From positions 3,277 through 67,276 of the forward strand of contig CAMEFI010000015.1 in the NCBI GenBank assembly GCA_945915475.1: 64,000 nt of DNA, in the 5' to 3' direction. Below the pieces are notes generated by a model. It made no database searches. It was not told the origin of the DNA and saw only the letters and a list, made by a program, of their open reading frames with translations. This document shows, in pieces, positions 38,909 to 48,489 of this stretch (the stretch's first letter is position 1; every line of letters starts with the position of its first letter). Made by a program: the position numbers and the translations under genes. Source of the DNA: an uncultured Clostridium sp. Lineage in GTDB: Bacteria; Bacillota; Clostridia; Lachnospirales; Lachnospiraceae.

Positions 38909-39451
38909 GGTATGCTTATTGTGAAAGGAGAAAATGATTTCAAAATCTTCTTCCTTATATTTAAAAATAATCAAGAAAAGCAAAGCAAAAAATCCAAATG
39001 TCACATAGCAGTCAGCAATGTTGAAAACAGGAAAATCAATTAGTTTGAAGTATAAAAAATCAATTACATATTGAAAACGAATCCGGTCAATGAAGTTACC
39101 AATAGCACCAGATAAGATTAATATTAAAATAATTCTTAAATCACGGTAACAATTCATGTATAGGCAGCGCATGTAGATAGCAAAACCCAATGCAAGAACA
39201 ATAATCGTACAAATAGAAAATAATATCTGTTGATTCTGGAACATTCCCCATGCTGCACCTGCATTGCGAATATAATGGATTTCAAAAACATCCGGAATCA
39301 CTGGAATAGAATCGTATAAAGTCATATTGTGATCAATCAGATATTTTGCAACCTGATCCAATGCTATAAGTAAAAGAAATGAAAGGATTGCAGACAAAAT
39401 CTTGCCTGCAATCTTTGAGTTATCAGTTGAATTGTTTGTATGAGTATTCAA
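38906..39451 (-). CDS. lspA: Lipoprotein signal peptidase II
   Basis: LspA pattern (NAGAAWGM ... IGNFIDR ... VIDF ... FNIAD). TTG start after AGGAGA. The stop codon (CTA at 38906-38908) lies in the element terminus. Confidence 0.9.
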   Translation of the reverse strand: MNTHTNNSTDNSKIAGKILSAILSFLLLIALDQVAKYLIDHNMTLYDSIPVIPDVFEIHYIRNAGAAWGMFQNQQILFSICTIIVLALGFAIYMRCLYMNCYRDLRIILILILSGAIGNFIDRIRFQYVIDFLYFKLIDFPVFNIADCYVTFGFFALLFLIIFKYKEEDFEIIFSFHNKHT

Positions 39452-39462
39452 ATCTATGTCTC

Positions 39463-41151
39463 CTATAGGAAATTAAATCCTTCACTATCATCATCTTCAT
39501 TACCAATTAAATTGGATTCATTTATTTTGTCTTCGACGTCACCACTAAGAACATCTTCATTCTCCACAGATGCTGTCTGGCCAAATGGATCAATATTTAA
39601 ACTGGTATCTTGAAAGGAACCTGTTGTATTATTCAGTGATGAATCACCAAGTATAGTTGGAATCTCTTCATCCTCTTCATTGCCAACAAGAAAATCAAAT
39701 CCATCATTATAATTGTCTTCAGAATCTAACATAGTGGATTCATTGATCTTATCCTCTACTTCACCAGAATATGTTTCTTCATTTAAAGAATCATCATCCT
39801 CTTCCATAAAATCAAATCCATCACTGTAATTATCTTCGGAATCTAGCATGGTTGACTCATTCACTTTATTTTCAACTTCTCCGCTTACTGGTTCATCAGA
39901 GAAGAAATCTTCTGATGCAGATGTTGCATATTCTGTAGAGGAAGAATCTTCTTCCACAAAATCAAATCCATCACTGTAATTATCTTCAGAATCTAACATA
40001 GTGGATTCATTGATCTTGTCCTCTACTTCACCGCTAACAGTTGGTTCGGTATCAGGAGTACTATGCATGGAATCATTAGAAACTGTACCGATGGTATCGA
40101 CATTATTCGCTGTTTCTGTGGCATCGGCTACAGTATCATGAAATGCATCGGAACTCTGTGTGGATACTTTCTCTTTATTATAGATGGCTTCTGCTTGTGT
40201 CGGTGCAACCTGACGGAATGTTGGCCTCTTCTTTGTTTCAGTTTCTTTTGCCTTATTTTCAGAATTAGCAGACACATTCTGCTCAGTTGATACTTTTGGT
40301 GTATCTTGCTTTTTATCAGGAGCTTGTTTTACTGTAGCATCTGTTTGCACCGGAGTTCGTTTCATCCGTTTTGCATTCGGTTTCTCCTGTTTCATATTCA
40401 AAGAAGATTTATTGGAATCATTTTTGTTGGTACTATTCTTCTTAGAAGAATTACCGTTATATGCACCACCAGTCTGACGACTGAAACGTCCACCACCGTT
40501 CATAGCATCTGCAAACGGATCCATATTCAGTGTACCTCTGTCAAATGAAGGATCTTGATTGGTACGTTCAAAATTGCTACCATTATTACCCACATATCCA
40601 CCACCAAGGCCGCTTCCAAGACCGCCTTCCGATCCAAGACCTGCCCCGGAAAAATTACCAAATCCCGGATCATAAGAAGAGGCTGGTTCGAAGTCAGGAC
40701 CTAAATCAATGTCAATTATTTCACCATCCATCATCTTCAATTGTGATTGTAATACATGCGTAAATTGTTCTTTGAATTTCTTTTGTTGTTGCTGCAGGCG
40801 GAAAATCTCATTTTTGGTATCAGTTAATTCCTGTTTTGCATCAGCTAAAATACTTTCAGCTTTTTTTTCAGCCTCAGTTGTAATCTGCCGCGCCTTATCG
40901 TTTGCTGCATTTACTGTTTCCTCAGCGGTTTTCTCTGAAAGTGTTAAGGCCTTCTGCATGGAATCTTCTACGGATTTATAGTGTTGAAGACTTTCATTCA
41001 ATGTGGCAACTTTGTCATTTAATTCTACATTGGAGCGGTATAACTGCTCATAATCAGAGGATAACTCATGCATAAAGGCTTCGACATCCTTCTTATCAAA
41101 ACCAATACCGCCTTTAAATACTTTGTTTTGTAAATCAACTGGTGTTAACAT
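39463..41151 (-). CDS. divIVA: DivIVA-domain protein with a long low-complexity, repeat-bearing C-terminal extension
   Basis: N-terminal MLTPVDLQNKVFKGGIGFDKKDVEAFM DivIVA domain and coiled coil, followed by Gly- and Asn-rich low-complexity segments, then four acidic ~26-aa repeats. Confidence 0.9.
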   Translation of the reverse strand: MLTPVDLQNKVFKGGIGFDKKDVEAFMHELSSDYEQLYRSNVELNDKVATLNESLQHYKSVEDSMQKALTLSEKTAEETVNAANDKARQITTEAEKKAESILADAKQELTDTKNEIFRLQQQQKKFKEQFTHVLQSQLKMMDGEIIDIDLGPDFEPASSYDPGFGNFSGAGLGSEGGLGSGLGGGYVGNNGSNFERTNQDPSFDRGTLNMDPFADAMNGGGRFSRQTGGAYNGNSSKKNSTNKNDSNKSSLNMKQEKPNAKRMKRTPVQTDATVKQAPDKKQDTPKVSTEQNVSANSENKAKETETKKRPTFRQVAPTQAEAIYNKEKVSTQSSDAFHDTVADATETANNVDTIGTVSNDSMHSTPDTEPTVSGEVEDKINESTMLDSEDNYSDGFDFVEEDSSSTEYATSASEDFFSDEPVSGEVENKVNESTMLDSEDNYSDGFDFMEEDDDSLNEETYSGEVEDKINESTMLDSEDNYNDGFDFLVGNEEDEEIPTILGDSSLNNTTGSFQDTSLNIDPFGQTASVENEDVLSGDVEDKINESNLIGNEDDDSEGFNFL

Positions 41152-41192
41152 CCTAATCTCCTCCTGCCCAATACATTATTCCCATACTATAA

Positions 41193-41744
41193 TTAAAACG
41201 CTGTTAATTCCGGAGAAAGGGTTGATTCATTGAGAATCTCATCTCTTAAATCACCGCTAACATCAACATTCATTGGTGCTGCAATAAATATATTAGAAGA
41301 AATTGCCTGCAAAGAGCCGTCCAACGCATAACAAGCACCACCAATAAAGTCAATGATACGTTGTGCCGCATGAACCTCGATTCCTTCCATGTTGATGACA
41401 ATCATTCTGCCTTCTTTTAAATAATCTGTTACTTTTTGCGCTTCATTAAATTCCTGTGGTTTTATTACAAACACTTGACTACTACTCCTATTATTATTAC
41501 GACTGTTAATAGATACTAATTTACTTGGACCAGACACCTTTGTTTTTGGTTTTTTCTTCGGTGCATAGTCATCTTCAAACTCGTCTTCGTAGTATGACTT
41601 AGATGGCTTCTCTTTCGCTCTTTTCTTCGGAGGTTCGTAATAATCATCATCCTCTTCTTCATCAAATAAATCATCATCGAAATCTTCTTCATCATCTGAG
41701 AGTTTAAGAAAATCCATAAATTTACTCATTCCGCTTTTTGCCAT
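41193..41744 (-). CDS. sepF: Cell division protein SepF
   Basis: Acidic/basic linker and a C-terminal SepF core (VFVIKPQEFNEAQKVTDYLKEGRMIVINM). Confidence 0.9.
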   Translation of the reverse strand: MAKSGMSKFMDFLKLSDDEEDFDDDLFDEEEDDDYYEPPKKRAKEKPSKSYYEDEFEDDYAPKKKPKTKVSGPSKLVSINSRNNNRSSSQVFVIKPQEFNEAQKVTDYLKEGRMIVINMEGIEVHAAQRIIDFIGGACYALDGSLQAISSNIFIAAPMNVDVSGDLRDEILNESTLSPELTAF

Positions 41745-41756
41745 GATTAATCTCCT

Positions 41757-42458
41757 TTAAATATTATAGTTACGGGCTCCAAATATTGCTGTTCCAACCC
41801 GTACCATGGTTGCACCTTCTTCAATTGCAACTTTGTAGTCATTTGTCATGCCCATCGATAAGACATTCATATCAATATTATCAATGTTTTTTGAAGTTAT
41901 GTCAAGTGATAATTGCTTCAATGTTCGGAAATACTTGCGGTTTTCTTCTGGATTTTCGACAAAAGGAGCAATTGTCATTAAACCATTGACATGAATGTTA
42001 GGATATGTAGATAATTCTTTCACAAATGGAACTACTTCATCTGTACACAACCCAAATTTGCTGTCTTCCTGTGCGACGTTCACTTCAATTAAAATCTGTG
42101 CTACAATTTGTTTTTTTGCTGCTTCTTTTTGTATCATTTGTGCTAATTTGATGGAATCCACTGAGTGAATCAAACATGCCTTGTCGACAATATATTTCAC
42201 TTTGTTAGTCTGTAAATGACCAATTAAATGAAAATGAACAGGCTTGGAAACATGTTCATATTTGTCACATAATTCCTGCACCTTATTCTCTCCAAATTCA
42301 TTGACACCAATTTCAATTAATTCTTCGATATCAGATAATGGCTTTGTCTTGCTGACCGCTATTAATGTGATATCATCTGGGTTGCGTCCACATGCTTTTG
42401 CAGTTTCTTCAACTTGTTGTTTAATGTAAGTGTAATTTTCTTTAACCAAGTGAAACAC
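41757..42458 (-). CDS. yggS: YggS/YlmE-family PLP homeostasis protein
   Basis: LIAVSKTKP (PLP lysine) and HLIGHLQTNKVK motifs. The start may be TTG at 42449 rather than GTG at 42458. Confidence 0.9.
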   Translation of the reverse strand: MFHLVKENYTYIKQQVEETAKACGRNPDDITLIAVSKTKPLSDIEELIEIGVNEFGENKVQELCDKYEHVSKPVHFHLIGHLQTNKVKYIVDKACLIHSVDSIKLAQMIQKEAAKKQIVAQILIEVNVAQEDSKFGLCTDEVVPFVKELSTYPNIHVNGLMTIAPFVENPEENRKYFRTLKQLSLDITSKNIDNIDMNVLSMGMTNDYKVAIEEGATMVRVGTAIFGARNYNI

Positions 42459-42465
42459 CTCTTTA

Positions 42466-43875
42466 TCATTTAATAATTTGATTCTCTTTTACTAAGGATT
42501 GATCCAATATAATACGATCAAACCATGCAATGCTATAAGATACATCAGGCTTTACGATTGTATATTCATCATCCTGATACAAGATATCAATATATCGGAA
42601 AGTTGCAATTCCCTGATTGACACAAAATACACCTTGTAATTCTGCTTTTTCAGCTGTATTTAAGGCAAATGTATCATTATTATCTATATTGACTAATACA
42701 TCATTTAATTCAAAATCATTCGGATCTACATAACAGTAATCATCATCTGTTTTATAAATATCAGGAGAAACCTGCTTGATTGTTACCTCACCTTTGTCAT
42801 CAAGTGTTTTAATATTTAATAACGATTCACTTGTGGAATCTGATCCTTTTGAAAGATAATCGATTGGTATCTTATAGACAGACTTCTTTGTAATGGATGT
42901 ATTCGGAATCTTCAATCCATTGTTCTGATCCTGAATAATGACCACATCAATATATCGATCATTAATATAATTAACCATTTGCTGATTTAAATAGATAATA
43001 ATGAAATTTTTACTATCTTTTTTAGTTAGTTCAAAGGAACATGTAATATTCTTTGAACTATTATGAATGTTGATTGTTACAGTATCCTGATTCTTTAATT
43101 CCTTAACCTGTTTGTCCGATAATTCAGCAATAAGATACCAATTCTCAGATGTAACTAACTTATATACCGGATCACCGGAATTGATAATTTCTCCTGTCTT
43201 TAAAGTTGTTTTTTTGTATTGTGATTTGTCAATATCAGACGCCTTAAAATTGTTTATATCAAAATCTTCATACCCATCTTTGTAATATGTGATGATACCG
43301 GATTCTGTAGTGTTGACTTTTTTATAAGTAGATATATCTGTTGAAGAATCACCAAGGGAAGTCAGCTGCTCAATCATTGCTTCATTCGTCAGCTCCAACA
43401 CTGCATTTTCGATATCATATCGAAAATTATATACATCGGAGAAAGAAGAATATTTGAAATAATTCTCAAAATTAGATATTCTTGTTCTCACTTCATTTAA
43501 TCCATCGTCTGTTAAAGTCAATGCATTGGAATCAGCATCCTTAATCTTTTCATAGATGCTTCCTGTTTCATCAATGGTATATACAGTCTTATCTTTTCCA
43601 ATCTTCTCACCGTCACGTACATAATAACTGACATAACCGGAACTTGTCGCATTAACCAGTTTCTCTTCTCTGGCAATTAAGGCAGTAACATTAATATTCG
43701 TATCAATATAACTGTTTTGCACTTCATAGATAGAGAGGGATTCTTTCTGTAAAGAAATGATAATACGAACTACAATATATAAAAAAATAATGGCAAAAAT
43801 AATCGTTCCGATATTAATGCGAAATTGATTGGACTCTTTATGGGAATGATAGCCACTCAAAACGAACACCTCCAT
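42466..43875 (-). CDS. Membrane-anchored protein, possibly HlyD/barrel-sandwich-like; function unknown
   Basis: 469 aa with a single N-terminal TM helix. The start may be TTG at 43860 after GGAGGTG. The family assignment is tentative. Confidence 0.6.
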   Translation of the reverse strand: MEVFVLSGYHSHKESNQFRINIGTIIFAIIFLYIVVRIIISLQKESLSIYEVQNSYIDTNINVTALIAREEKLVNATSSGYVSYYVRDGEKIGKDKTVYTIDETGSIYEKIKDADSNALTLTDDGLNEVRTRISNFENYFKYSSFSDVYNFRYDIENAVLELTNEAMIEQLTSLGDSSTDISTYKKVNTTESGIITYYKDGYEDFDINNFKASDIDKSQYKKTTLKTGEIINSGDPVYKLVTSENWYLIAELSDKQVKELKNQDTVTINIHNSSKNITCSFELTKKDSKNFIIIYLNQQMVNYINDRYIDVVIIQDQNNGLKIPNTSITKKSVYKIPIDYLSKGSDSTSESLLNIKTLDDKGEVTIKQVSPDIYKTDDDYCYVDPNDFELNDVLVNIDNNDTFALNTAEKAELQGVFCVNQGIATFRYIDILYQDDEYTIVKPDVSYSIAWFDRIILDQSLVKENQIIK

Positions 43876-43995
43876 AGATTACATCTGTTTATTGTACCAT
43901 TTTTTGAAAATATCTACAATATCTATGTATAATTTTTATAAATAAATCGAAAAATAATAGTATTCAGGAAGTGTTTAGCTTCATAGAAAGGAGAA

Positions 43996-44202
43996 ATGGA
44001 AATGAAGGCATTAGATTATACAGTATTGACAATTGTTTTGATTGGAGCAATTAACTGGGGCTTAATTGGTTTTTTCGATTTTGACTTAGTAAGTACATTG
44101 TTTGGACAGATGTCAATTCTTACACGTATTATATATGCAGTAGTTGGAATTGGTGGTTTATATGCCATTTCTTATTATGGACGTATGAACAGTGAGATTT
44201 AA
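43996..44202 (+). CDS. DUF378 small membrane protein
   Basis: 68 aa. IGAINWGLIGFF is the hallmark of DUF378. Confidence 0.8.
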   Translation: MEMKALDYTVLTIVLIGAINWGLIGFFDFDLVSTLFGQMSILTRIIYAVVGIGGLYAISYYGRMNSEI

Positions 44203-44343
44203 CTTTTCCATAACCGCTACCATTCAATATGATAAAAGGCTGTTACATTATATGCATAAAATTGAGCAAAGCAAATCAAAAACAGTATAATGTAGCAGCC
44301 ATATATAATATTTGTGTTGTAATAGAATATTAGAATCGGTTAC

Positions 44344-44766
44344 TTACAGGGCAATGGTTACAAGATCCTGTAAATCCTTAGTTAAGTCAGATTTGTGTTT
44401 GGAAATTCCAAGCATAAAATCAATTTCAAATTTGTCAGAGATAACAGAAAGTTCTTTGATTAACTTGTCTGCTTCCTCAACAGTGTCAATACATGCAATT
44501 GACATGAAATTATCTAAAAACATCATATCCAAATCGCGATCTTGAGAAGCTACTCCATATATAAAACCTAAAAACATATCAGCAGAATGAATATTATAAT
44601 CTGTAACGTTCAATAAACGAACACGGTTACTTAATTCATACATATGCTTATTGTTAATATCAAGATATACAATATTTCCACCTGTGACTTTGATATCATT
44701 ATTGGCCTTGGCCATAAGCATTTTTGTTTTTCCTTTTCCTTTTTCACCTGCAACAATTTCTATCAT
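44344..44766 (-). CDS. Small stand-alone P-loop protein (140 aa), unknown function
   Basis: Strong RBS AGGAGGAA. N-terminal Walker A GEKGKGKT and a Walker-B-like MMFLD. No family recognised. Confidence 0.7.
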   Translation of the reverse strand: MIEIVAGEKGKGKTKMLMAKANNDIKVTGGNIVYLDINNKHMYELSNRVRLLNVTDYNIHSADMFLGFIYGVASQDRDLDMMFLDNFMSIACIDTVEEADKLIKELSVISDKFEIDFMLGISKHKSDLTKDLQDLVTIAL

Positions 44767-44784
44767 ATTAGTTCCTCCTAAGTA

Positions 44785-45771
44785 TTAGTATATTTGTTTC
44801 AGCATGTCATTGACATTCTGGTATAGCGTTTCGTGATCCTTAGCATTGGAAACAAGACAGATATATTCTTCATTCGTCTCATCATTGACAAATTCTAATA
44901 TAATGCAACTTCCGGCTTTTTCTGTTGTTCCTGTCTTCCAGCCGGTAATATGATAACCGGTTGGCATCTCAAAGGAATTTGATAAAAATGCATTGGTCGA
45001 TGTCAGTTCTGTCTCAATCTTTTCAGAATCTCTATACATTGTCAGTACATAAGTACTGTTGCTATCAATCTGAACTAAAGTATTATTCTTGAGGAATTCT
45101 TTGAATATCAGATACAGATCATATGGTGTTGTATAATGATTGTTATCATGTAATCCATGAGGATTCACAAAATGGGAATTGGTTGCTCCTAATTGTGCTG
45201 CTTTCTGGTTCATTCTTTCCACAAACTCACTCACAGATCCGGATACATAACGTGCCAATGCAATTGCACAGTCGTTATAGGAAGAAATAAGCAAACCATG
45301 TAACAATTCATCCACAGTAATGTAATCACCTGGTTCCAACCCCAATGCAGTTACATTATCTTCATTAAATTCAATTTTTTTCTGAATGACAACGGTATCA
45401 TTTAATGATATCTGCCCGCTGTTGACCGCATCCATAACAACAACTGCTGTGAGAATCTTAGTCATACTGGCAGGGTATATCTTTTTGTGAGGGTTTACAG
45501 CACATACAACCTTATTCTGTGTCTGATTAATCAATAAACCGGCTTCATATTCAAAAGAATCATCATCATAAACGTAAGCATCATAGGGAATGACAACATT
45601 ATCATTTGCAAGGCCGGAGGGTCTTACGATTGGAAGATTGGTTGTTGAACTTATATGCAAAGGCTGATTGGCCTGGTAAGCATTATAATCACATCCGCAA
45701 AGTAAAGAACAACCCATTATAAAGACAAGACACAATCCACATTTTTTTCTAATCTTACTTAAACATTTCAC
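44785..45771 (-). CDS. D-alanyl-D-alanine carboxypeptidase (S11, PBP5-like) lipoprotein
   Basis: Lipobox LLCGC, SMTK (SxxK), SYND (SxN) and KTGTT motifs. Confidence 0.88.
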   Translation of the reverse strand: MKCLSKIRKKCGLCLVFIMGCSLLCGCDYNAYQANQPLHISSTTNLPIVRPSGLANDNVVIPYDAYVYDDDSFEYEAGLLINQTQNKVVCAVNPHKKIYPASMTKILTAVVVMDAVNSGQISLNDTVVIQKKIEFNEDNVTALGLEPGDYITVDELLHGLLISSYNDCAIALARYVSGSVSEFVERMNQKAAQLGATNSHFVNPHGLHDNNHYTTPYDLYLIFKEFLKNNTLVQIDSNSTYVLTMYRDSEKIETELTSTNAFLSNSFEMPTGYHITGWKTGTTEKAGSCIILEFVNDETNEEYICLVSNAKDHETLYQNVNDMLKQIY

Positions 45772-46150
45772 GCCAATCTAAATCTCCTCGGTCTAAAGCT
45801 TTGACAAGTAATTCAGCAGTCGCTAAATTCGTTGCCAGTGGAATATTATGTATATCACATAATGTAAATATATTATTGATATCCGGTTCATGTGATTTTG
45901 GAGATTGTGGATCTCTTAAAAAAATAACCATATCAATATCATTGTGCTCGATCTCCGATCCAAGCTGCTGCTCTCCGCCTAAATGTCCAGCTAAATATTT
46001 GTGTACCGTTAAATTGGTAACTTCTTCTACCAGACGTCCGGTTGTACCGGTTGCGTATAGTTCATGCTTACTTAAGATACCTCTGTACGCAATACAAAAA
46101 TTCTGCATTAGTTTTTTCTTTGCATCATGTGCTATTAACCCAATATTCAT
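45755..46150 (-). CDS. mgsA: Methylglyoxal synthase
   Basis: IGLIAHDAKK ... ATGTTG ... GGEQQ pattern, 131 aa. Confidence 0.92.
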   Translation of the reverse strand: MNIGLIAHDAKKKLMQNFCIAYRGILSKHELYATGTTGRLVEEVTNLTVHKYLAGHLGGEQQLGSEIEHNDIDMVIFLRDPQSPKSHEPDINNIFTLCDIHNIPLATNLATAELLVKALDRGDLDWREMFK

Positions 46151-46168
46151 TCAGAAACCCCTCCATAT

Positions 46169-47278
46169 CTAGTATTTTCTACGTTGCAACGATACATTCA
46201 TCACCAATCCCATTCCCGCACATGAACTTACTAAAGATGAGAGCCCATAACTAATGAAAGGAAGAGGAATTCCTGTATTTGGCAACAGGGAAGTTGCAAC
46301 CCCTATATTCAGAAATGTTTGAAAACCAATAAGAGTTGCAACCCCGGTCGCAATAAACATTCCATTGCTGTCACTTGCTTTTCTGGCAGTCCTTATACAT
46401 TGTACCACAATTAACCCCAAAATTACAATAATAAGTGTACTGCCGACAAAACCTAATTCTTCGCCTACCACAGAAAAAATGAAATCGGTTTGCTGTTCTG
46501 AAATTAAATTGGCATCCTTTACTGTTGCAAGGGTAGAACTATTCAGTCCCTTGCCAAACAACTGACCGGAACCAATGGCCATAACCGAATTATCCTGTTG
46601 GTACTGTGTTGTAGACGCATAATCATCCGGATATAAAAATGTAAGAATACGATCTACCTGATAGTCTTTTAGAAACATTGGATCCGGCTGCTTTACGTAC
46701 CATATAAAACTACCTGCTAATGGTATCAGACAGAGTAATGCGATTCCTATAATCTTATAACTGAGTCCGGCAACATATAACATTACAAACAAAATCATAA
46801 AAACGTCAATTGTTGTGGATAAATCCGGCTCTAAAGCAATCAAAAATAATGGCACTGCACAGAATATAGCATATTTTACTAATGTTTTCAGTGTATTAAT
46901 ACTGTCTTTATGATCTGCCAGAAATTGAGCCGCACATATGATTAAGATGATTTTGGCAAATTCCGAAGGCTGTAACTGTATAATATCCTTAGAACCTAAC
47001 CATCTCGTAGCCCCGTTCACACTGATACCAAATAACAATACGGCAGTCAGAAGTAAAAGATTAATTCCATATAACAAAACATAAAATCTGCTTATAAATT
47101 TGTAATCAATCAGGGATAAAATGACCAACCCAATCATACAAATAATAAGACCCAGTACTTGTTTCTTAAAATAAGAGCTGTCGGCACTGTTAATCATAAG
47201 TGTACCAATGATACTTATAACAAGAACAAGAGCTAACAATTTGAAATTATAATTGCGTAATCGGTAGTTCTCTAACAT
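46169..47278 (-). CDS. rodA: SEDS-family peptidoglycan polymerase RodA/FtsW
   Basis: About 10 TM helices and SEDS blocks (QPSEFAK, TDFIFS, PLPFISYG). Located in the min/mre context. Confidence 0.88.
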   Translation of the reverse strand: MLENYRLRNYNFKLLALVLVISIIGTLMINSADSSYFKKQVLGLIICMIGLVILSLIDYKFISRFYVLLYGINLLLLTAVLLFGISVNGATRWLGSKDIIQLQPSEFAKIILIICAAQFLADHKDSINTLKTLVKYAIFCAVPLFLIALEPDLSTTIDVFMILFVMLYVAGLSYKIIGIALLCLIPLAGSFIWYVKQPDPMFLKDYQVDRILTFLYPDDYASTTQYQQDNSVMAIGSGQLFGKGLNSSTLATVKDANLISEQQTDFIFSVVGEELGFVGSTLIIVILGLIVVQCIRTARKASDSNGMFIATGVATLIGFQTFLNIGVATSLLPNTGIPLPFISYGLSSLVSSCAGMGLVMNVSLQRRKY

Positions 47279-47298
47279 AGTAATCTCCTGCGGTGTGC

Positions 47299-47580
47299 TT
47301 ATTTGACAGATTTTGATTTTATATCCTTAATTGGAATATTGGCATACAAAGCAGGAACCGTGCCATGTCCACCTTCTGACTCTGTCTGTGTAATCTGTAT
47401 ATCTAAACCGGTTGCATCAATCTCCATATATCGGGAAATCACTTCGATAATATCATTTTTAATCTGTTCCATAATATCAGGAGAGCAATTAGCACGGTCT
47501 GATACAAGTAATAATTTTAAACGGTCTTTTGCGTAATCGCTTGATGATTTCTTTTTTGTAAATAAATCAAATAATCCCAT
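47299..47580 (-). CDS. minE: Cell division topological specificity factor MinE
   Basis: 93 aa, AKDRLKLLLVSDR motif, downstream of minD. Confidence 0.9.
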   Translation of the reverse strand: MGLFDLFTKKKSSSDYAKDRLKLLLVSDRANCSPDIMEQIKNDIIEVISRYMEIDATGLDIQITQTESEGGHGTVPALYANIPIKDIKSKSVK

Positions 47581-47597
47581 AAACTACACTCCTATCT

Positions 47598-48389
47598 TTA
47601 GTTATTTTTCTTGAAGAATTTGGATAATTTCTTGAGAAATCCGGATTCATTCAAGTCTAAAAAATCAACTTCTTCCCCTAAAATACGCTTGCAGATATTG
47701 AAATACGCTCTACCCGCAAGAGAATTATCGCCAACCAGTGGTTGTCCCTGATTAGTAGAGATTACAATATTTTCATCATCTGGAACTGCACCAATTAAAT
47801 CAATTGCCAGGATCTCAACCACATCTTCAATTGACATCATCTCTCCACGTTTCACCATATCCATGCGAATTCGGTTAACAATGAGATCTGTTTTCTTTAT
47901 TTCATTGGCTTCTAATAATCCTATGATACGATCTGCATCACGAATTGCAGATACTTCCGGTGTTGTGACAATTAATGCACGGTCTGCAGCTGCAATGGCA
48001 TTTTTGAATCCCTGCTCAATCCCTGCCGGACAATCTAAGATAACATAATCAAATTCTTTCTTTAATTCTTCCACTAACTTTTTCATCTGTTCCGGTGTGA
48101 CAGACGTCTTGTCCTTTGTCTGCGCAGATGGAAGTAAAAACAAATTCGGATATGTTTTATCTTTGATCAATGCCTGTTTGTAACGACAGTTACCCTCAAC
48201 AACATCTACTAAATTGTAGACGATACGATTTTCAAGCCCCATAACGACGTCGAGATTACGCAACCCGATATCCGTATCGATCAATACGACCTTTTTGTCT
48301 AATTTTGCTAATCCAGTTCCTACATTAGCGGTTGTTGTTGTTTTACCAACACCACCTTTTCCAGATGTTATTACAATTACTTCACTCAT
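47598..48389 (-). CDS. minD: Septum site-determining ATPase MinD
   Basis: Deviant Walker A SGKGGVGKTT and a C-terminal amphipathic helix (KKLSKFFKK). Confidence 0.95.
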   Translation of the reverse strand: MSEVIVITSGKGGVGKTTTTANVGTGLAKLDKKVVLIDTDIGLRNLDVVMGLENRIVYNLVDVVEGNCRYKQALIKDKTYPNLFLLPSAQTKDKTSVTPEQMKKLVEELKKEFDYVILDCPAGIEQGFKNAIAAADRALIVTTPEVSAIRDADRIIGLLEANEIKKTDLIVNRIRMDMVKRGEMMSIEDVVEILAIDLIGAVPDDENIVISTNQGQPLVGDNSLAGRAYFNICKRILGEEVDFLDLNESGFLKKLSKFFKKNN

Positions 48390-48489
48390 ACGTTATCCTC
48401 CATTAACATATTTTTCTTAATTATAGTTAAATAGTAAATAGCATTTATTGTATTACGAATATAAGTTATTCGTTATGCTCATAAACATA

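Noticed and set aside
39463-40035. Four ~80-bp DNA repeats that could be mistaken for a tandem or CRISPR-like array.
   Set aside because: They are in frame within divIVA, the spacers between them are coding, and the repeats encode a conserved peptide.
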